DNA from: Candidatus Woesearchaeota archaeon
GTDB taxonomy: Archaea > Nanobdellota > Nanobdellia > Pacearchaeales > GW2011-AR1
Length of the DNA stretch: 27,092 nucleotides
Assembly: GCA_964530955.1 (NCBI GenBank)
Contig: CAZHCL010000006.1
Location: forward strand, 1 to 27,092
Reading direction: 5' to 3'
Part shown: in pieces, positions 7,053-16,336 of the stretch
Numbering within the stretch: the first letter of the stretch is position 1
How the letters are laid out: every line of letters starts with the position of its first letter
Program-made: the position numbers and the translations under genes
Notes under the pieces: generated by a model
Told to the model about the DNA's origin: nothing
Seen by the model: only the letters and a program-made list of their open reading frames with translations
Database searches by the model: none

Positions 7053-8261
7053 ATGGAAAAAGTAGATAAAATAGATGCAATCTTTAATTCGTTTGTCAGT
7101 AATAACTTATTTAAAAATAAATCCGTCCTTCAATCGAATTATAACCCTCAAAGTATAACTCACAGAGATGCACAAATAGAGTCTGTTGCTTCGATTCTCG
7201 CTCCTGCGCTAAGAGGAGAAAGGATAAGTAACCTTTTTCTTTACGGAAAAACTGGAACTGGCAAAACTCTATCAATACAACATGTGGGTGAGAAGATGAA
7301 TGTTCGTCTAAAGGAGATGGGTGAGGACTATCTTCGGTTTGTTTATGTGAATTGCAAGCTAAAAAAGGTGGCTGATACGGAGTATAGAATACTTGCGGAG
7401 ATAATTAGTGAGCTTGGGGGCAAAGTGCCTTCAACTGGGCTTCCAACTGACCAGGTTTATTCAAGATTTATTGACCTTATAGACCAGAAGAAGCAGATGA
7501 TTGTTCTTGTGCTTGATGAAATTGATCAGGCAGTGAAAAAAATATCTGACAACTTCATTTATTCTCTTACTAGACTAAATACTGAACTCAAAAATGCGCA
7601 GATAAGCATAATTGGAATAAGCAACAGTCTTACTTTTATGGATAATCTTGATCCAAGAGTAAGAAGCTCGCTTGGAGAAGAAGAAATAATTTTCCCGCCT
7701 TATAATGCTCTGCAATTGCAGGATATTTTAAAGGAAAGAGCAGACAATGCATTCAAAGATCAGGTTCTCGAGGAAGGAGTCATATCAAAATGTGCTGCGT
7801 ATGCTGCGAGAGAGCATGGAGATGCGAGGAGGGCTCTTGATCTCCTCAGGGTTGCGGGGGAAATTGCAGAAAGAGAGAATAGTAAGAACATAAAATTAGT
7901 ACATATAGATTCTGCAAACAATAAAATAGAAAGGGATAAAATGTTGGATATAATAGAAAGCGAGCCTAAACAATTTCAACTTGTGCTTCATTCAATATTT
8001 CTTCTTGAGAAGGGCAAAGAAGCTATCTTTACGGGAGAGGTTTACAATATGTACCAAGATGTATGCACCAAAACGAAAAATGAAGCCCTCACACAAAGAA
8101 GAGTTTCCGATATCCTTGCTGAATTTGATATGCTTGGATTGATTAACACTCATGTCATAAGCAAAGGAAGGCATGGACGGATGAGAGAGATAAAGCTCAT
8201 GCTTTCTCCAAATATAAGAGAAAAGGCGATAGAGATAATTGAGAAAGCAATATTCTCCTAG
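7053..8261 (+). CDS. cdc6: Orc1/Cdc6 replication initiation protein
   Basis: 402 aa; Walker A YGKTGTGKT, Walker B VLVLDEID, RVRSSL, GDARRALDLLR, C-terminal wH domain (ISKGRHGR). Upstream purine-rich GAGGG Shine-Dalgarno-like site. Confidence 0.95.
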   Translation: MEKVDKIDAIFNSFVSNNLFKNKSVLQSNYNPQSITHRDAQIESVASILAPALRGERISNLFLYGKTGTGKTLSIQHVGEKMNVRLKEMGEDYLRFVYVNCKLKKVADTEYRILAEIISELGGKVPSTGLPTDQVYSRFIDLIDQKKQMIVLVLDEIDQAVKKISDNFIYSLTRLNTELKNAQISIIGISNSLTFMDNLDPRVRSSLGEEEIIFPPYNALQLQDILKERADNAFKDQVLEEGVISKCAAYAAREHGDARRALDLLRVAGEIAERENSKNIKLVHIDSANNKIERDKMLDIIESEPKQFQLVLHSIFLLEKGKEAIFTGEVYNMYQDVCTKTKNEALTQRRVSDILAEFDMLGLINTHVISKGRHGRMREIKLMLSPNIREKAIEIIEKAIFS

Positions 8262-8273
8262 TCACACTACAAT

Positions 8274-9869
8274 ATGAACGAAGAGATATTAAAACTAATA
8301 AAACAGAAGGGAGTGCTGCTTGAGAAAGAGGTGTTCGATGTTTTTAACGAAATAAATGATGTGGAATCTGCCAGACATCTTCTTGAGACTCTCGAAAGAT
8401 TTTCTGGACAGAAGATGATTACTAAGTCTGCAATAAATAAAAATTTTAGTCTTGTCAGAAATTTAGGTAGTGCTTTACAAGGCGAAGAGAAAATTCTTGT
8501 GGAAAAGACTTTCATTAAGCTGGGTTTAAGCTTGGAGATAACAAAAGAAACTTCTATTGTTAGCAATCCTTCCATTAATGTAATTATTGAAAAGCCAAAG
8601 GTTGAAACTAGAAAGGAAGAAAGCTACAAAATCTTTTACTCTACAACTAGAAATGACAAAAAGCTTGAAGTTGCTGACTTTGTAGGGAGCTTTAGATCAA
8701 GATATCAGCAGTTGCAGAGAATATTAATGAACAGGCCAGATATGCAGAATCTTGTTTCTATAAACAAACTCGGGAGTGAAAGGAAAAATCATGTCATAAT
8801 CGGAATAGTCAGTGAGAAGAGGATTACTAAGAACAAAAATCTTATAATTAAAGTTGAAGACTTAACTGGGGAGATAAGTGTTCTTGTGAAAGCAGATAGA
8901 CCTGAAATTTATATGAAGGGAGAGGAATTGCTTCTGGATGATGTGGTTGCTATAAAAGCCTCTGGGAGTAGAGAGATGTTATTTGTTCAGGATATTTACT
9001 TTCCAGATGCATTTCTTTCTGAAAGGACTAGGTTCGATGAGGATGTTTGCATTGCTTTTCTTTCGGACATACACGCTGGAGGAGCTAAACATCTTCAGAA
9101 GAGCTTTGAAAATTTTCTTAATTGGATAAACACGGAAGATGAGATGGCAAAAAAGATAAAATATATATTTATTTCAGGGGATAATGTTGACGGAGTCGGA
9201 ATTTTCCCTGGACAGGAAGCTTTACTTAAATTGAAAAGCATGAAGGAGCAATACTCTTTACTTGCTTCCTATCTTGCTAAGATTCCTAAAAGAATAACTA
9301 TGTTTATGTGTCCGGGACAGCACGATGCAGTAAGAGTTGCTGAGCCTCAACCAATAATCGGAAGAAAATATGCTGAGCCTTTGTATAGTATAGAGAATCT
9401 TATTCTTGTGAGCAATCCGGCACTGGTTAAACTTTCTGAAAAAGAAAAAGAGTTCAAAGTAATGATGTATCATGGAGATAGTATACACACATTTATTCAT
9501 GAAATTCCTGAACTTAGGAGCATGAAGATGCATCCTGCCAAAGCAGTAAGGCATATGCTAAAGAGGAGACATCTTTTCCCAATTCATTCCGAGGCAATTT
9601 ATATCCCGGATGCTGAAAAAGATAATCTTGTTATTTCAGAAGTTCCTGATGTGCTCTGTACTGGAGAAGTTCACAGACTGGATATAGAAAATTATAATGG
9701 TGTTTTGATAATTACTGGAAGTTGCTGGCAGGGACAGACTTCTTTCGAGGAAAAGGTAGGAAATGTTCCCGATCCTTGTAAGGTCCCTATATTAAATCTT
9801 AAAACGAGAGAGCTGAAGGTTCTTGACTTTGGGAATGAAGATGAATTAAAGGAGTTGCATGTAAAATGA
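8274..9869 (+). CDS. polB: DNA polymerase D small (exonuclease) subunit DP1
   Basis: 531 aa; OB-fold (TKNKNLIIKVEDLTGEI), phosphoesterase motifs SDIH, GDNVDGVGIFPGQ, PGQHDAVRVAEPQP, YHGD, GEVH, SCWQGQTSFE; located between cdc6 and DP2. Confidence 0.93.
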   Translation: MNEEILKLIKQKGVLLEKEVFDVFNEINDVESARHLLETLERFSGQKMITKSAINKNFSLVRNLGSALQGEEKILVEKTFIKLGLSLEITKETSIVSNPSINVIIEKPKVETRKEESYKIFYSTTRNDKKLEVADFVGSFRSRYQQLQRILMNRPDMQNLVSINKLGSERKNHVIIGIVSEKRITKNKNLIIKVEDLTGEISVLVKADRPEIYMKGEELLLDDVVAIKASGSREMLFVQDIYFPDAFLSERTRFDEDVCIAFLSDIHAGGAKHLQKSFENFLNWINTEDEMAKKIKYIFISGDNVDGVGIFPGQEALLKLKSMKEQYSLLASYLAKIPKRITMFMCPGQHDAVRVAEPQPIIGRKYAEPLYSIENLILVSNPALVKLSEKEKEFKVMMYHGDSIHTFIHEIPELRSMKMHPAKAVRHMLKRRHLFPIHSEAIYIPDAEKDNLVISEVPDVLCTGEVHRLDIENYNGVLIITGSCWQGQTSFEEKVGNVPDPCKVPILNLKTRELKVLDFGNEDELKELHVK

Positions 9870-10183
9870 ATAGAGAAGTCATGACTCTTGCAGGCAGTAC
9901 TAGGTTCAAGGACCAGTTTGAGGAAGTGGATAGGATGCTTACTTTGAACGGATCAATTGTGTTATCTCTTTCGATATTCAGTAAGACAGAAGATAAGAAA
10001 TATGATCATAAAACTGAAAAAGAGCTATTTGATCTTCAACTTGATAAGATATTGATGTCTAGTGGATTATTCGTAATTGATGTTGGAGGATACATCGGAG
10101 AAAGCACAAAGAAAGAGATAGAATTTGCAGTAATGAATGGTAAATTCATTAAGTATTATTCTAAAGAGGTTGAGGGAAAATGA
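9866..10183 (+). CDS. Small nucleoside 2-deoxyribosyltransferase (NDT)/DUF4406-like fold protein
   Basis: 105 aa; LAGSTRF...LNGSIV...KILMSSGLFVIDVGGYIGESTKKEIEFAVMNGKFIKY resembles the NDT-like pattern with a conserved Glu. ATGA overlaps with both DP1 and DP2. Confidence 0.6.
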   Translation: MNREVMTLAGSTRFKDQFEEVDRMLTLNGSIVLSLSIFSKTEDKKYDHKTEKELFDLQLDKILMSSGLFVIDVGGYIGESTKKEIEFAVMNGKFIKYYSKEVEGK

Positions 10184-13100
10184 CAATCGCTCAATATTTC
10201 AAGGATATAGAGAAGGAAGTTAAGAGAGCATATTCTTTTGCAGGGGAGGCAAGAAGAAAGGGAGTTGACCCTGTTGCAGAAGTAGAAATTCCTCTCGCAA
10301 ATTCTCTCGCTGAAAGAGTAGTAGGATTAGTATCTGTTCTTTACCCACAGGTTTTGCAGACAAAGATAGTTGAAAGAATTCTTGAACTTGAGAAACAGTT
10401 TGGTTCTCTTGATCCTGCTGTTGCACTTACTATTGCTGAGGAAGTTGCAAAAGAAAAGTTTTGTAAGTTTCAGAGCCATATTGAAGCATTTGAAGCAGGA
10501 GTAAGAATAGCAATAGGATATATGACTTTAGGATATGTATCTTCACCTCTTGAAGGATTTATTCAGATTAAGGTAAAGAAAACAAAAAATGGGGAAGATT
10601 ATATTGCTCCCTATTTTTCAGGACCGATAAGGTCTGCAGGAGGAACGGAGGCGGCTTTTTCTCTGGTGGTAGTTGATTACCTAAGAGAAATGTTCGGGTA
10701 TGCAAAATATGATGCTACTGAGGATGAAGTTAAGAGAGGAGTGCAGGAATGTTATGAATATCATGAAAGAATAACTAATTTGCAATATCTTCCTTCTGAA
10801 CAGGAAATAGATTTTTTAATGAGAAACTTACCTGTACAACTTACGGGAGATCCGAGCGAGGATAAGGAGGTTTATAATTACAAGGACTTGCCGAGAATAG
10901 AAACTAATTTTATAAGAAGTGGATTTTGTTTAGTCATGGGAGAAGGAATTGCTCAGAAAGCCCCTAAAATTCTTGGTAGAGTAACTAAACTAAAACAAAA
11001 AGGGTTTAAATTAAGCGACTGGGTTTGGCTTGATGAGTTTGTAAAGTTGCAGAAAAAAATAAAAGAAGGAAAGGCAGGAGCAGGAAGCAGAACTGGAGCA
11101 ACTTACATGCAGGATCTTGTTGCAGGGAGACCGGTATTTGCACATCCTTCTGCTTCGGGAGCATTCAGGCTTAGATATGGAAGGTCAAGAAATACGGGAT
11201 ACTCAACTCTCGCGATAAGTCCTGCAACAATGGGCATAACTGATGATTTCATTGCGATTGGGACTCAGCTGAAAATAGAAAAGCCGACAAAGGGATGCAC
11301 TGTAGCTTCATGTGACAGCATAGAAGGTCCTATTGTGAAGCTGAGTGATGGAAGCGTCAAGAAAATAAAAGATTATGCTTCTGCAAAACAGATATATCCT
11401 AATGTTTCAGAAATAATTTATTTAGGAGATATACTTGTTCCTTATGGGGATTTTGCAAACAGAAATCATGCACTCGAAAAACAAGGATATATTGAACAAT
11501 ATTGGCTCGAGCAACTGAAGAGTAAGGGTGGAGAAAGCGAATTAATCCCGGGATTTGAAAAAGCAAAAGAACTTTCTAAGCAGTATTCAATACCTTTACA
11601 TCCAGAATACATTTATTATTGGAATCAGATAAATTATTCTTCTCTTATAGCTCTCATTGATTGGATTGCACATGGTTCTTTACAAAATAAATTCTTGCTG
11701 CTTCCTTACTCCAGAATTGAAAAAGAAAGATTTGCTGTTGCTAAAAGAGCACTTGAGATAATAGGATGCGAGCATCTTGTTTCTACTGAAAATGTTGTTT
11801 TGAGTGAGAAAGATAGTGCCTCTATTCTATTTAATCTGGGAATAGAATTGAAGGAAGGGATGAATGTAGATGATGAAATTGATAGGATAACTCCTAAACT
11901 TGTTGAAAAACCAGTTATTGAAGTCCTTAATTTACTTTGCCCCTACGAAATAAGAGACAAGGCAGGAACTTTCATAGGTGGAAGAATGGGGCGACCGGAA
12001 AAGGCAAAGCTTAGAAAACTTATTGGAAGTCCACACGTACTTTTTCCAGTTGGAGAGGAAGGGGGAAGATTAAGAAGTATTCAAAGCGCTCTTGAAGTTG
12101 GAAATATAAGGGCTGATTTTGCATTGTTTTATTGTAATGCCTGCAAATTAGAAAGTATTTACTCGAGATGCACTGAATGTGGAGAGTTTTGTTCAAGAAA
12201 ATATTATTGTTCCGAATGTAATTCTCTTTATGATGGTAAATGCCCCGAACATGGGATAGGTCTTGAATTCAAAGAACAGGTAATTGATACAAGAAAGTAT
12301 TTTGATTTGGCAAGAAAGTCTGTAGGACTGAGAAATGAAGACATAAATTTTGTAATTAAGGGAGTTAAGGGAACTAGCAATAGAGATCATAGCTGTGAGA
12401 ATATGGCTAAAGGAGTTTTACGAGCAAAATACAATATCAATGTTAACAAAGATGGTACAATAAGATATGATATGACTGAAATGCCCATTACCCATTTCAG
12501 ACCTGGTGAAATAGGCGCAAGTGTGGAAAAAATTAGAGCCCTTGGATATGAAAAGGATGTTAACGGAGATTTTATTGAAAGAACTGATCAGCTTATTGAA
12601 ATGCTTCCTCATGACATAATTTTACCAGCATGTCCTTCTTCTCCTGATGAAGCTGCAGATGATGTTTTCTTTAATGTTGCTAACTTTGTTGATGAGGAAC
12701 TTGAAAAAATATATGGAACGACTAAATATTTCGATATGAAGAAAAAAGAAGATTTGATAGGAGTTTATCTTGCATGTATGGCTCCTCATACATCTTCAGC
12801 AGTCGTAGGAAGAATAATTGGATTTTCAAAGATTCAGGCATTACTGGCATCTCCATACATACACGCTGCGATGAGAAGAGATTGTGATGGAGATGAGGCA
12901 GCAGTTATGCTTCTTATGGACTTGCTTATAAACTTCTCAAGAAAGTTCATTCCTTCGCACAGAGGAGGAACACAGGACGCACCTCTTGTTCTCAATATGC
13001 ATCTAAGAGCTAATGAAGTTGATGATATGATTTTTGATGTGGATGTTTCAAAATTTATTCCTCTTGCGCTTTATGAGGTTGCTGAGAGGCACGGGATGCC

Positions 13101-13620
13101 TAACGAAGTTAAAATGGAACAAGTCAGACAGAGATTAGGGGGAGATAAAGAATTTATAGATCTTTCTTTTACCTATGACTGCTCCGATATAAACCTTGGA
13201 CCGCAGTGTTCGAGTTACAAAACACTTCCAACAATGCAGGAGAAGGTTGATTCAATGATGGCTCTTTGTAGCAAGATACGTGCAGTAGATGTAAGCGATG
13301 TTTCCCGATTAGTGATAGAGAGACATTTCATAAGAGATACTAGAGGTAATCTTAGAAAGTTTTCCCAGCAGGGATTTAGATGTTCAGCATGTAACAGCAA
13401 ATATAGGAGACCTCCACTCACAGGGAAATGCACCAAATGTGGAGGAAAATTAATATTTACAATTTCAGAGGGAAGTATTTTGAAATATATGCAGCCTGCT
13501 CTTGACCTTGCTAGAGAATATAAGGTAGGCCCTTATCTTATTGAGAACCTTGAGCTTACTGAGATGTATATTCAAAGTATTTTCGGAAAGGAAAAAGAAA
13601 AGCAAATGAAATTGTTTTAA
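10180..13620 (+). CDS. polC: DNA polymerase D large (catalytic) subunit DP2
   Basis: 1146 aa; YFSGPIRSAGGT, FRLRYGRSRNTG, FIGGRMGRPEKAK, Zn-binding CxxC clusters, catalytic RRDCDGD, RGNLRKFSQQGFRC; no intein-sized insertion. Confidence 0.97.
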   Translation: MTIAQYFKDIEKEVKRAYSFAGEARRKGVDPVAEVEIPLANSLAERVVGLVSVLYPQVLQTKIVERILELEKQFGSLDPAVALTIAEEVAKEKFCKFQSHIEAFEAGVRIAIGYMTLGYVSSPLEGFIQIKVKKTKNGEDYIAPYFSGPIRSAGGTEAAFSLVVVDYLREMFGYAKYDATEDEVKRGVQECYEYHERITNLQYLPSEQEIDFLMRNLPVQLTGDPSEDKEVYNYKDLPRIETNFIRSGFCLVMGEGIAQKAPKILGRVTKLKQKGFKLSDWVWLDEFVKLQKKIKEGKAGAGSRTGATYMQDLVAGRPVFAHPSASGAFRLRYGRSRNTGYSTLAISPATMGITDDFIAIGTQLKIEKPTKGCTVASCDSIEGPIVKLSDGSVKKIKDYASAKQIYPNVSEIIYLGDILVPYGDFANRNHALEKQGYIEQYWLEQLKSKGGESELIPGFEKAKELSKQYSIPLHPEYIYYWNQINYSSLIALIDWIAHGSLQNKFLLLPYSRIEKERFAVAKRALEIIGCEHLVSTENVVLSEKDSASILFNLGIELKEGMNVDDEIDRITPKLVEKPVIEVLNLLCPYEIRDKAGTFIGGRMGRPEKAKLRKLIGSPHVLFPVGEEGGRLRSIQSALEVGNIRADFALFYCNACKLESIYSRCTECGEFCSRKYYCSECNSLYDGKCPEHGIGLEFKEQVIDTRKYFDLARKSVGLRNEDINFVIKGVKGTSNRDHSCENMAKGVLRAKYNINVNKDGTIRYDMTEMPITHFRPGEIGASVEKIRALGYEKDVNGDFIERTDQLIEMLPHDIILPACPSSPDEAADDVFFNVANFVDEELEKIYGTTKYFDMKKKEDLIGVYLACMAPHTSSAVVGRIIGFSKIQALLASPYIHAAMRRDCDGDEAAVMLLMDLLINFSRKFIPSHRGGTQDAPLVLNMHLRANEVDDMIFDVDVSKFIPLALYEVAERHGMPNEVKMEQVRQRLGGDKEFIDLSFTYDCSDINLGPQCSSYKTLPTMQEKVDSMMALCSKIRAVDVSDVSRLVIERHFIRDTRGNLRKFSQQGFRCSACNSKYRRPPLTGKCTKCGGKLIFTISEGSILKYMQPALDLAREYKVGPYLIENLELTEMYIQSIFGKEKEKQMKLF

Positions 13621-13621
13621 G

Positions 13622-13906
13622 ATGGATAATCAATATACAACAAAAGAAGAATATGCAAGAATAAGGCAAGAACATATAGTAAATAAGATTTATAGAGGCG
13701 ATGATAATCTTCCACCGGAGACTAAGGAGCAGTTATTAAAAGCAGCTTATGGACCAAATGTTGAGTTCGGTGAGCCACACATGACTACTCTTGATGCTGA
13801 AGGAAAGAGTGTTGGTGATGGTCATGTTAGGTTTCATCAGCAAGTCAGTTCTCTTGAGTTGGGATTGTTACTCGACTTAGACCTTGTCAGTATGCCTCTT
13901 TTATAA
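13622..13906 (+). CDS. Hypothetical protein (94 aa)
   Basis: Starts 1 nt after the DP2 stop; no recognisable motif. Confidence 0.5.
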   Translation: MDNQYTTKEEYARIRQEHIVNKIYRGDDNLPPETKEQLLKAAYGPNVEFGEPHMTTLDAEGKSVGDGHVRFHQQVSSLELGLLLDLDLVSMPLL

Positions 13907-13907
13907 A

Positions 13908-14135
13908 ATGAATCAAAATTATAGAACTTGCTATATATGCTATACAGCGATAAGCGGATGCATGGGCTATGTTCGTGCAGGAGATTTCTCCAGACTTTTA
14001 GTTGGAGAAATAAACAGAGTCAGAGAAAGCTGCGGCAAGTGTGTTGAAAGAGTTGAGATTGCTACTGGAGGAAGACTTCCGAGTACAGAAAAAAGTCTTG
14101 ATTTTATTGCGAGTCGTATAAGAAAGCAGTTATAG
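13908..14135 (+). CDS. Small putative zinc-binding protein (CxxC...CxxC), 75 aa
   Basis: In-frame ATG at 13908, 1 nt after the upstream stop, preferred over the track's TTG at 13884; CYIC and CGKC motifs. Confidence 0.5.
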   Translation: MNQNYRTCYICYTAISGCMGYVRAGDFSRLLVGEINRVRESCGKCVERVEIATGGRLPSTEKSLDFIASRIRKQL

Positions 14136-14146
14136 GCTAAATAATT

Positions 14147-15349
14147 TTAGTTTGTCAGATAATAAATTATCGCTGGAAAGATAAGGGAGGCCATCAGGTT
14201 TATTCTTCTTGAGCCTGATTCAACGACATAAATTCCTAAAGCAGTTGAACTGACTAGGATAATTAACCCGAGCCAGTTCGTGAAAAATATATTTACAGAT
14301 ATTACTACGGTAATTACTCCAATTGTAAGATACTTGTAATTAATTTTATTCATAAATTTTGCAAATATTCTCGATACAAAAATTCCTAGAAAAAATGAAA
14401 GTATTCCTGAAATAACAATTGCTCCAATTAAAATAATTAGGTCTGATTGTGAAAAAGAAGGCAACAAGGATTTTACTGCTGCGGCCGTTCCAGTTCGCGA
14501 TTTTCCTATTGCATAAACTGCGACATAGCTTAGACCCATTATTATTGTGTTGCATGCTCCGACCATGAAAAGAAATCCTTTTCTATCCTGCCCGATAAAT
14601 TCAGAACCAAGTGTTGCTGCATGACTGCTTCCTATTCCAGGAAGGAATGAACAGAGAGGAGCGAAAATTGCCGCCGCGAATGCGGACTTGAAAAAACCTT
14701 TCTTTTCTAACTTTATCTTTTTTAGTGGGAAGATTTTTTGCTTTTTTGGAGTTACTTTCGACTTTAAACTTACAAAAAGAGTCGATATTCCGAAAAGGCC
14801 AGACAATAGGGGAAGAAGGGGTTCTTTGACTGGAGTATTGAAAGAAGCAATTCCCAGAAAACCTGCAAGGATAAATACAAAGAATGAAATTAGGAAGTCA
14901 TCTTCTCTAAGGATTATGTAAATTGAGATGAAAATAAGAAGGAAAGGCATAAAATCTTTTATAAGATTATAGAAATAGGGCAGGGCAAATGTAAATACTG
15001 GGGAAAATAGGAGAATGATTAGAATTGCAAATAATGAGCCATACAAAGTAAGGATAAATGCTTCGTATCCTCTTCCTTCGAGAAGAAGCTGGTGACCTGG
15101 AAGAACCGAAAGAGCGCTGTCTTCATCAGGAGCGCCTAGGAAGATTGAAGGAACGAAGTCAATAAATGTATGTGTTATTGACATTGCAACAATGAAAACC
15201 GCAAGGGCGATGAAAGGGATTGACTGGAATTTATCAAGAGAAAATAGAAGAATTGCAGCAACTAGGTTTATGTGGATTCCCGGTGCAAGGCCTGTGAATG
15301 TTCCACATATAACTCCAAGAAGCAAAGCAATGATTAGTTCGATTACCAT
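14147..15349 (-). CDS. TctA-like (tripartite tricarboxylate transporter permease family, archaeal DUF112 type) membrane protein
   Basis: 400 aa polytopic; GTFTGLAPGIHINL, THTFIDFVPSIFLGAP, SVLPGHQLLLEGRG signatures. Confidence 0.85.
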   Translation of the reverse strand: MVIELIIALLLGVICGTFTGLAPGIHINLVAAILLFSLDKFQSIPFIALAVFIVAMSITHTFIDFVPSIFLGAPDEDSALSVLPGHQLLLEGRGYEAFILTLYGSLFAILIILLFSPVFTFALPYFYNLIKDFMPFLLIFISIYIILREDDFLISFFVFILAGFLGIASFNTPVKEPLLPLLSGLFGISTLFVSLKSKVTPKKQKIFPLKKIKLEKKGFFKSAFAAAIFAPLCSFLPGIGSSHAATLGSEFIGQDRKGFLFMVGACNTIIMGLSYVAVYAIGKSRTGTAAAVKSLLPSFSQSDLIILIGAIVISGILSFFLGIFVSRIFAKFMNKINYKYLTIGVITVVISVNIFFTNWLGLIILVSSTALGIYVVESGSRRINLMASLIFPAIIYYLTN

Positions 15350-15660
15350 CCTATTTTTATTACCTTCACTTGGGTTTTCTGATAGGTATCAACAAATCCT
15401 TCTGCATGGATTGACTTTCCTTTGAGATTTGGAGTTTTTAGACAATTGCAGATTAGAGAGATATTATTATCTAGAACAAGAGTTTTGGAATATTGAGAGA
15501 TTCTTTCTGCAATAACATTTCCAGAAACAGATACTTTCTGGTTTTCAACAAGCTTTGATAGTTCTTCCTGGGAGTTTATTGGTTTTATGGGTGCGAAGAG
15601 CATATAGATAAATAGAAAGGAGATTCCAAGGAGCACAGCAATCAAGGCTGTTTTTCTCAT
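15343..15660 (-). CDS. Membrane-anchored OB-fold-like protein (105 aa)
   Basis: Start revised to ATG at 15660 (MRKTALIAVLLG...), because the longer track ORF overlaps the divergent antitoxin gene. N-terminal TM helix, then a beta-rich VSVSGNVI...IHAEGFV segment. Overlaps the TctA-like start by 7 nt. Confidence 0.6.
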   Translation of the reverse strand: MRKTALIAVLLGISFLFIYMLFAPIKPINSQEELSKLVENQKVSVSGNVIAERISQYSKTLVLDNNISLICNCLKTPNLKGKSIHAEGFVDTYQKTQVKVIKIGW

Positions 15661-15766
15661 TAATTTTATAATTGTGAGGAATAAATTAAGGTTTCGGTTT
15701 TGGAAAATTAAAATTAATCTTCTAAAATTAGAAAGCTTTATATAGTAACTATAAGGACTATATAAT

Positions 15767-16003
15767 ATGGAAAAGACGACTATACAGATAAGCCAGAGTA
15801 CGCTTGAAAGACTTAAAAGTATAAAGAGATTTGAAAGACAATCATATGATGATTTACTCAACAACATTCTTAATGAAGTTGAAGAAGAGATAATGAGTAA
15901 AGAAGAAATTGAAGAAATAAAAATTGCCTTAGAAAATGTTAAAAGAGGGAACGTAAAACCTATTGAGCAAGTTGCAAAGGAATTAGGGATTATACTAAGA
16001 TAA
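15767..16003 (+). CDS. Type II antitoxin (ribbon-helix-helix-like N-terminus)
   Basis: 78 aa; KTTIQIS..TLERLK..K...QSYDDLL, acidic C-terminus; directly upstream of a RelE-like toxin. TATA TTTATATA at 15737-15744. Confidence 0.8.
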   Translation: MEKTTIQISQSTLERLKSIKRFERQSYDDLLNNILNEVEEEIMSKEEIEEIKIALENVKRGNVKPIEQVAKELGIILR

Positions 16004-16004
16004 G

Positions 16005-16253
16005 ATGTATTCTATTCAAATTGAGAAGAATGCAGAAGATTTCTTGAGAAAATTGCAAAAGAAAGACTCTGAAATGCTGTTAAACAAGATATATCAAATA
16101 CGAGAAAATCCATTTAGGTATCTAAAAAGGCTTCAGGGAGACAAACTTTGGAGACTAAGGATAGCAGATTATAGGGCAATAGTCGATGTGATAGTTTCTA
16201 TGAATAAAATTATCGTTATTAGGATAGGTCATAGAAAAAATGTTTATGACTAA
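16005..16253 (+). CDS. relE: RelE/ParE-family toxin
   Basis: 82 aa; YSIQIEKNAEDFLRKL...LWRLRIADYRAIVDV...IGHRKNVY. Confidence 0.88.
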   Translation: MYSIQIEKNAEDFLRKLQKKDSEMLLNKIYQIRENPFRYLKRLQGDKLWRLRIADYRAIVDVIVSMNKIIVIRIGHRKNVYD

Positions 16254-16336
16254 TTTTAATGGATATTTTGTCTTGCTTAGAAATTGAATCTTACTGTTTC
16301 CGATAAGTTTAAATTAATCTTTCTATTGCATGGAAG

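Noticed and set aside
10180-13620. Intein in DP2 (also considered for Lhr and Cdc6)
   Set aside because: Lengths are normal, motifs are contiguous, and no C/S...HN-C splice junction or LAGLIDADG motif was seen.
15661-15867. N-terminal extension of the 15343..15867 track ORF
   Set aside because: It overlaps the divergent antitoxin gene and its promoter; ATG 15660 gives a clean signal-anchor start.
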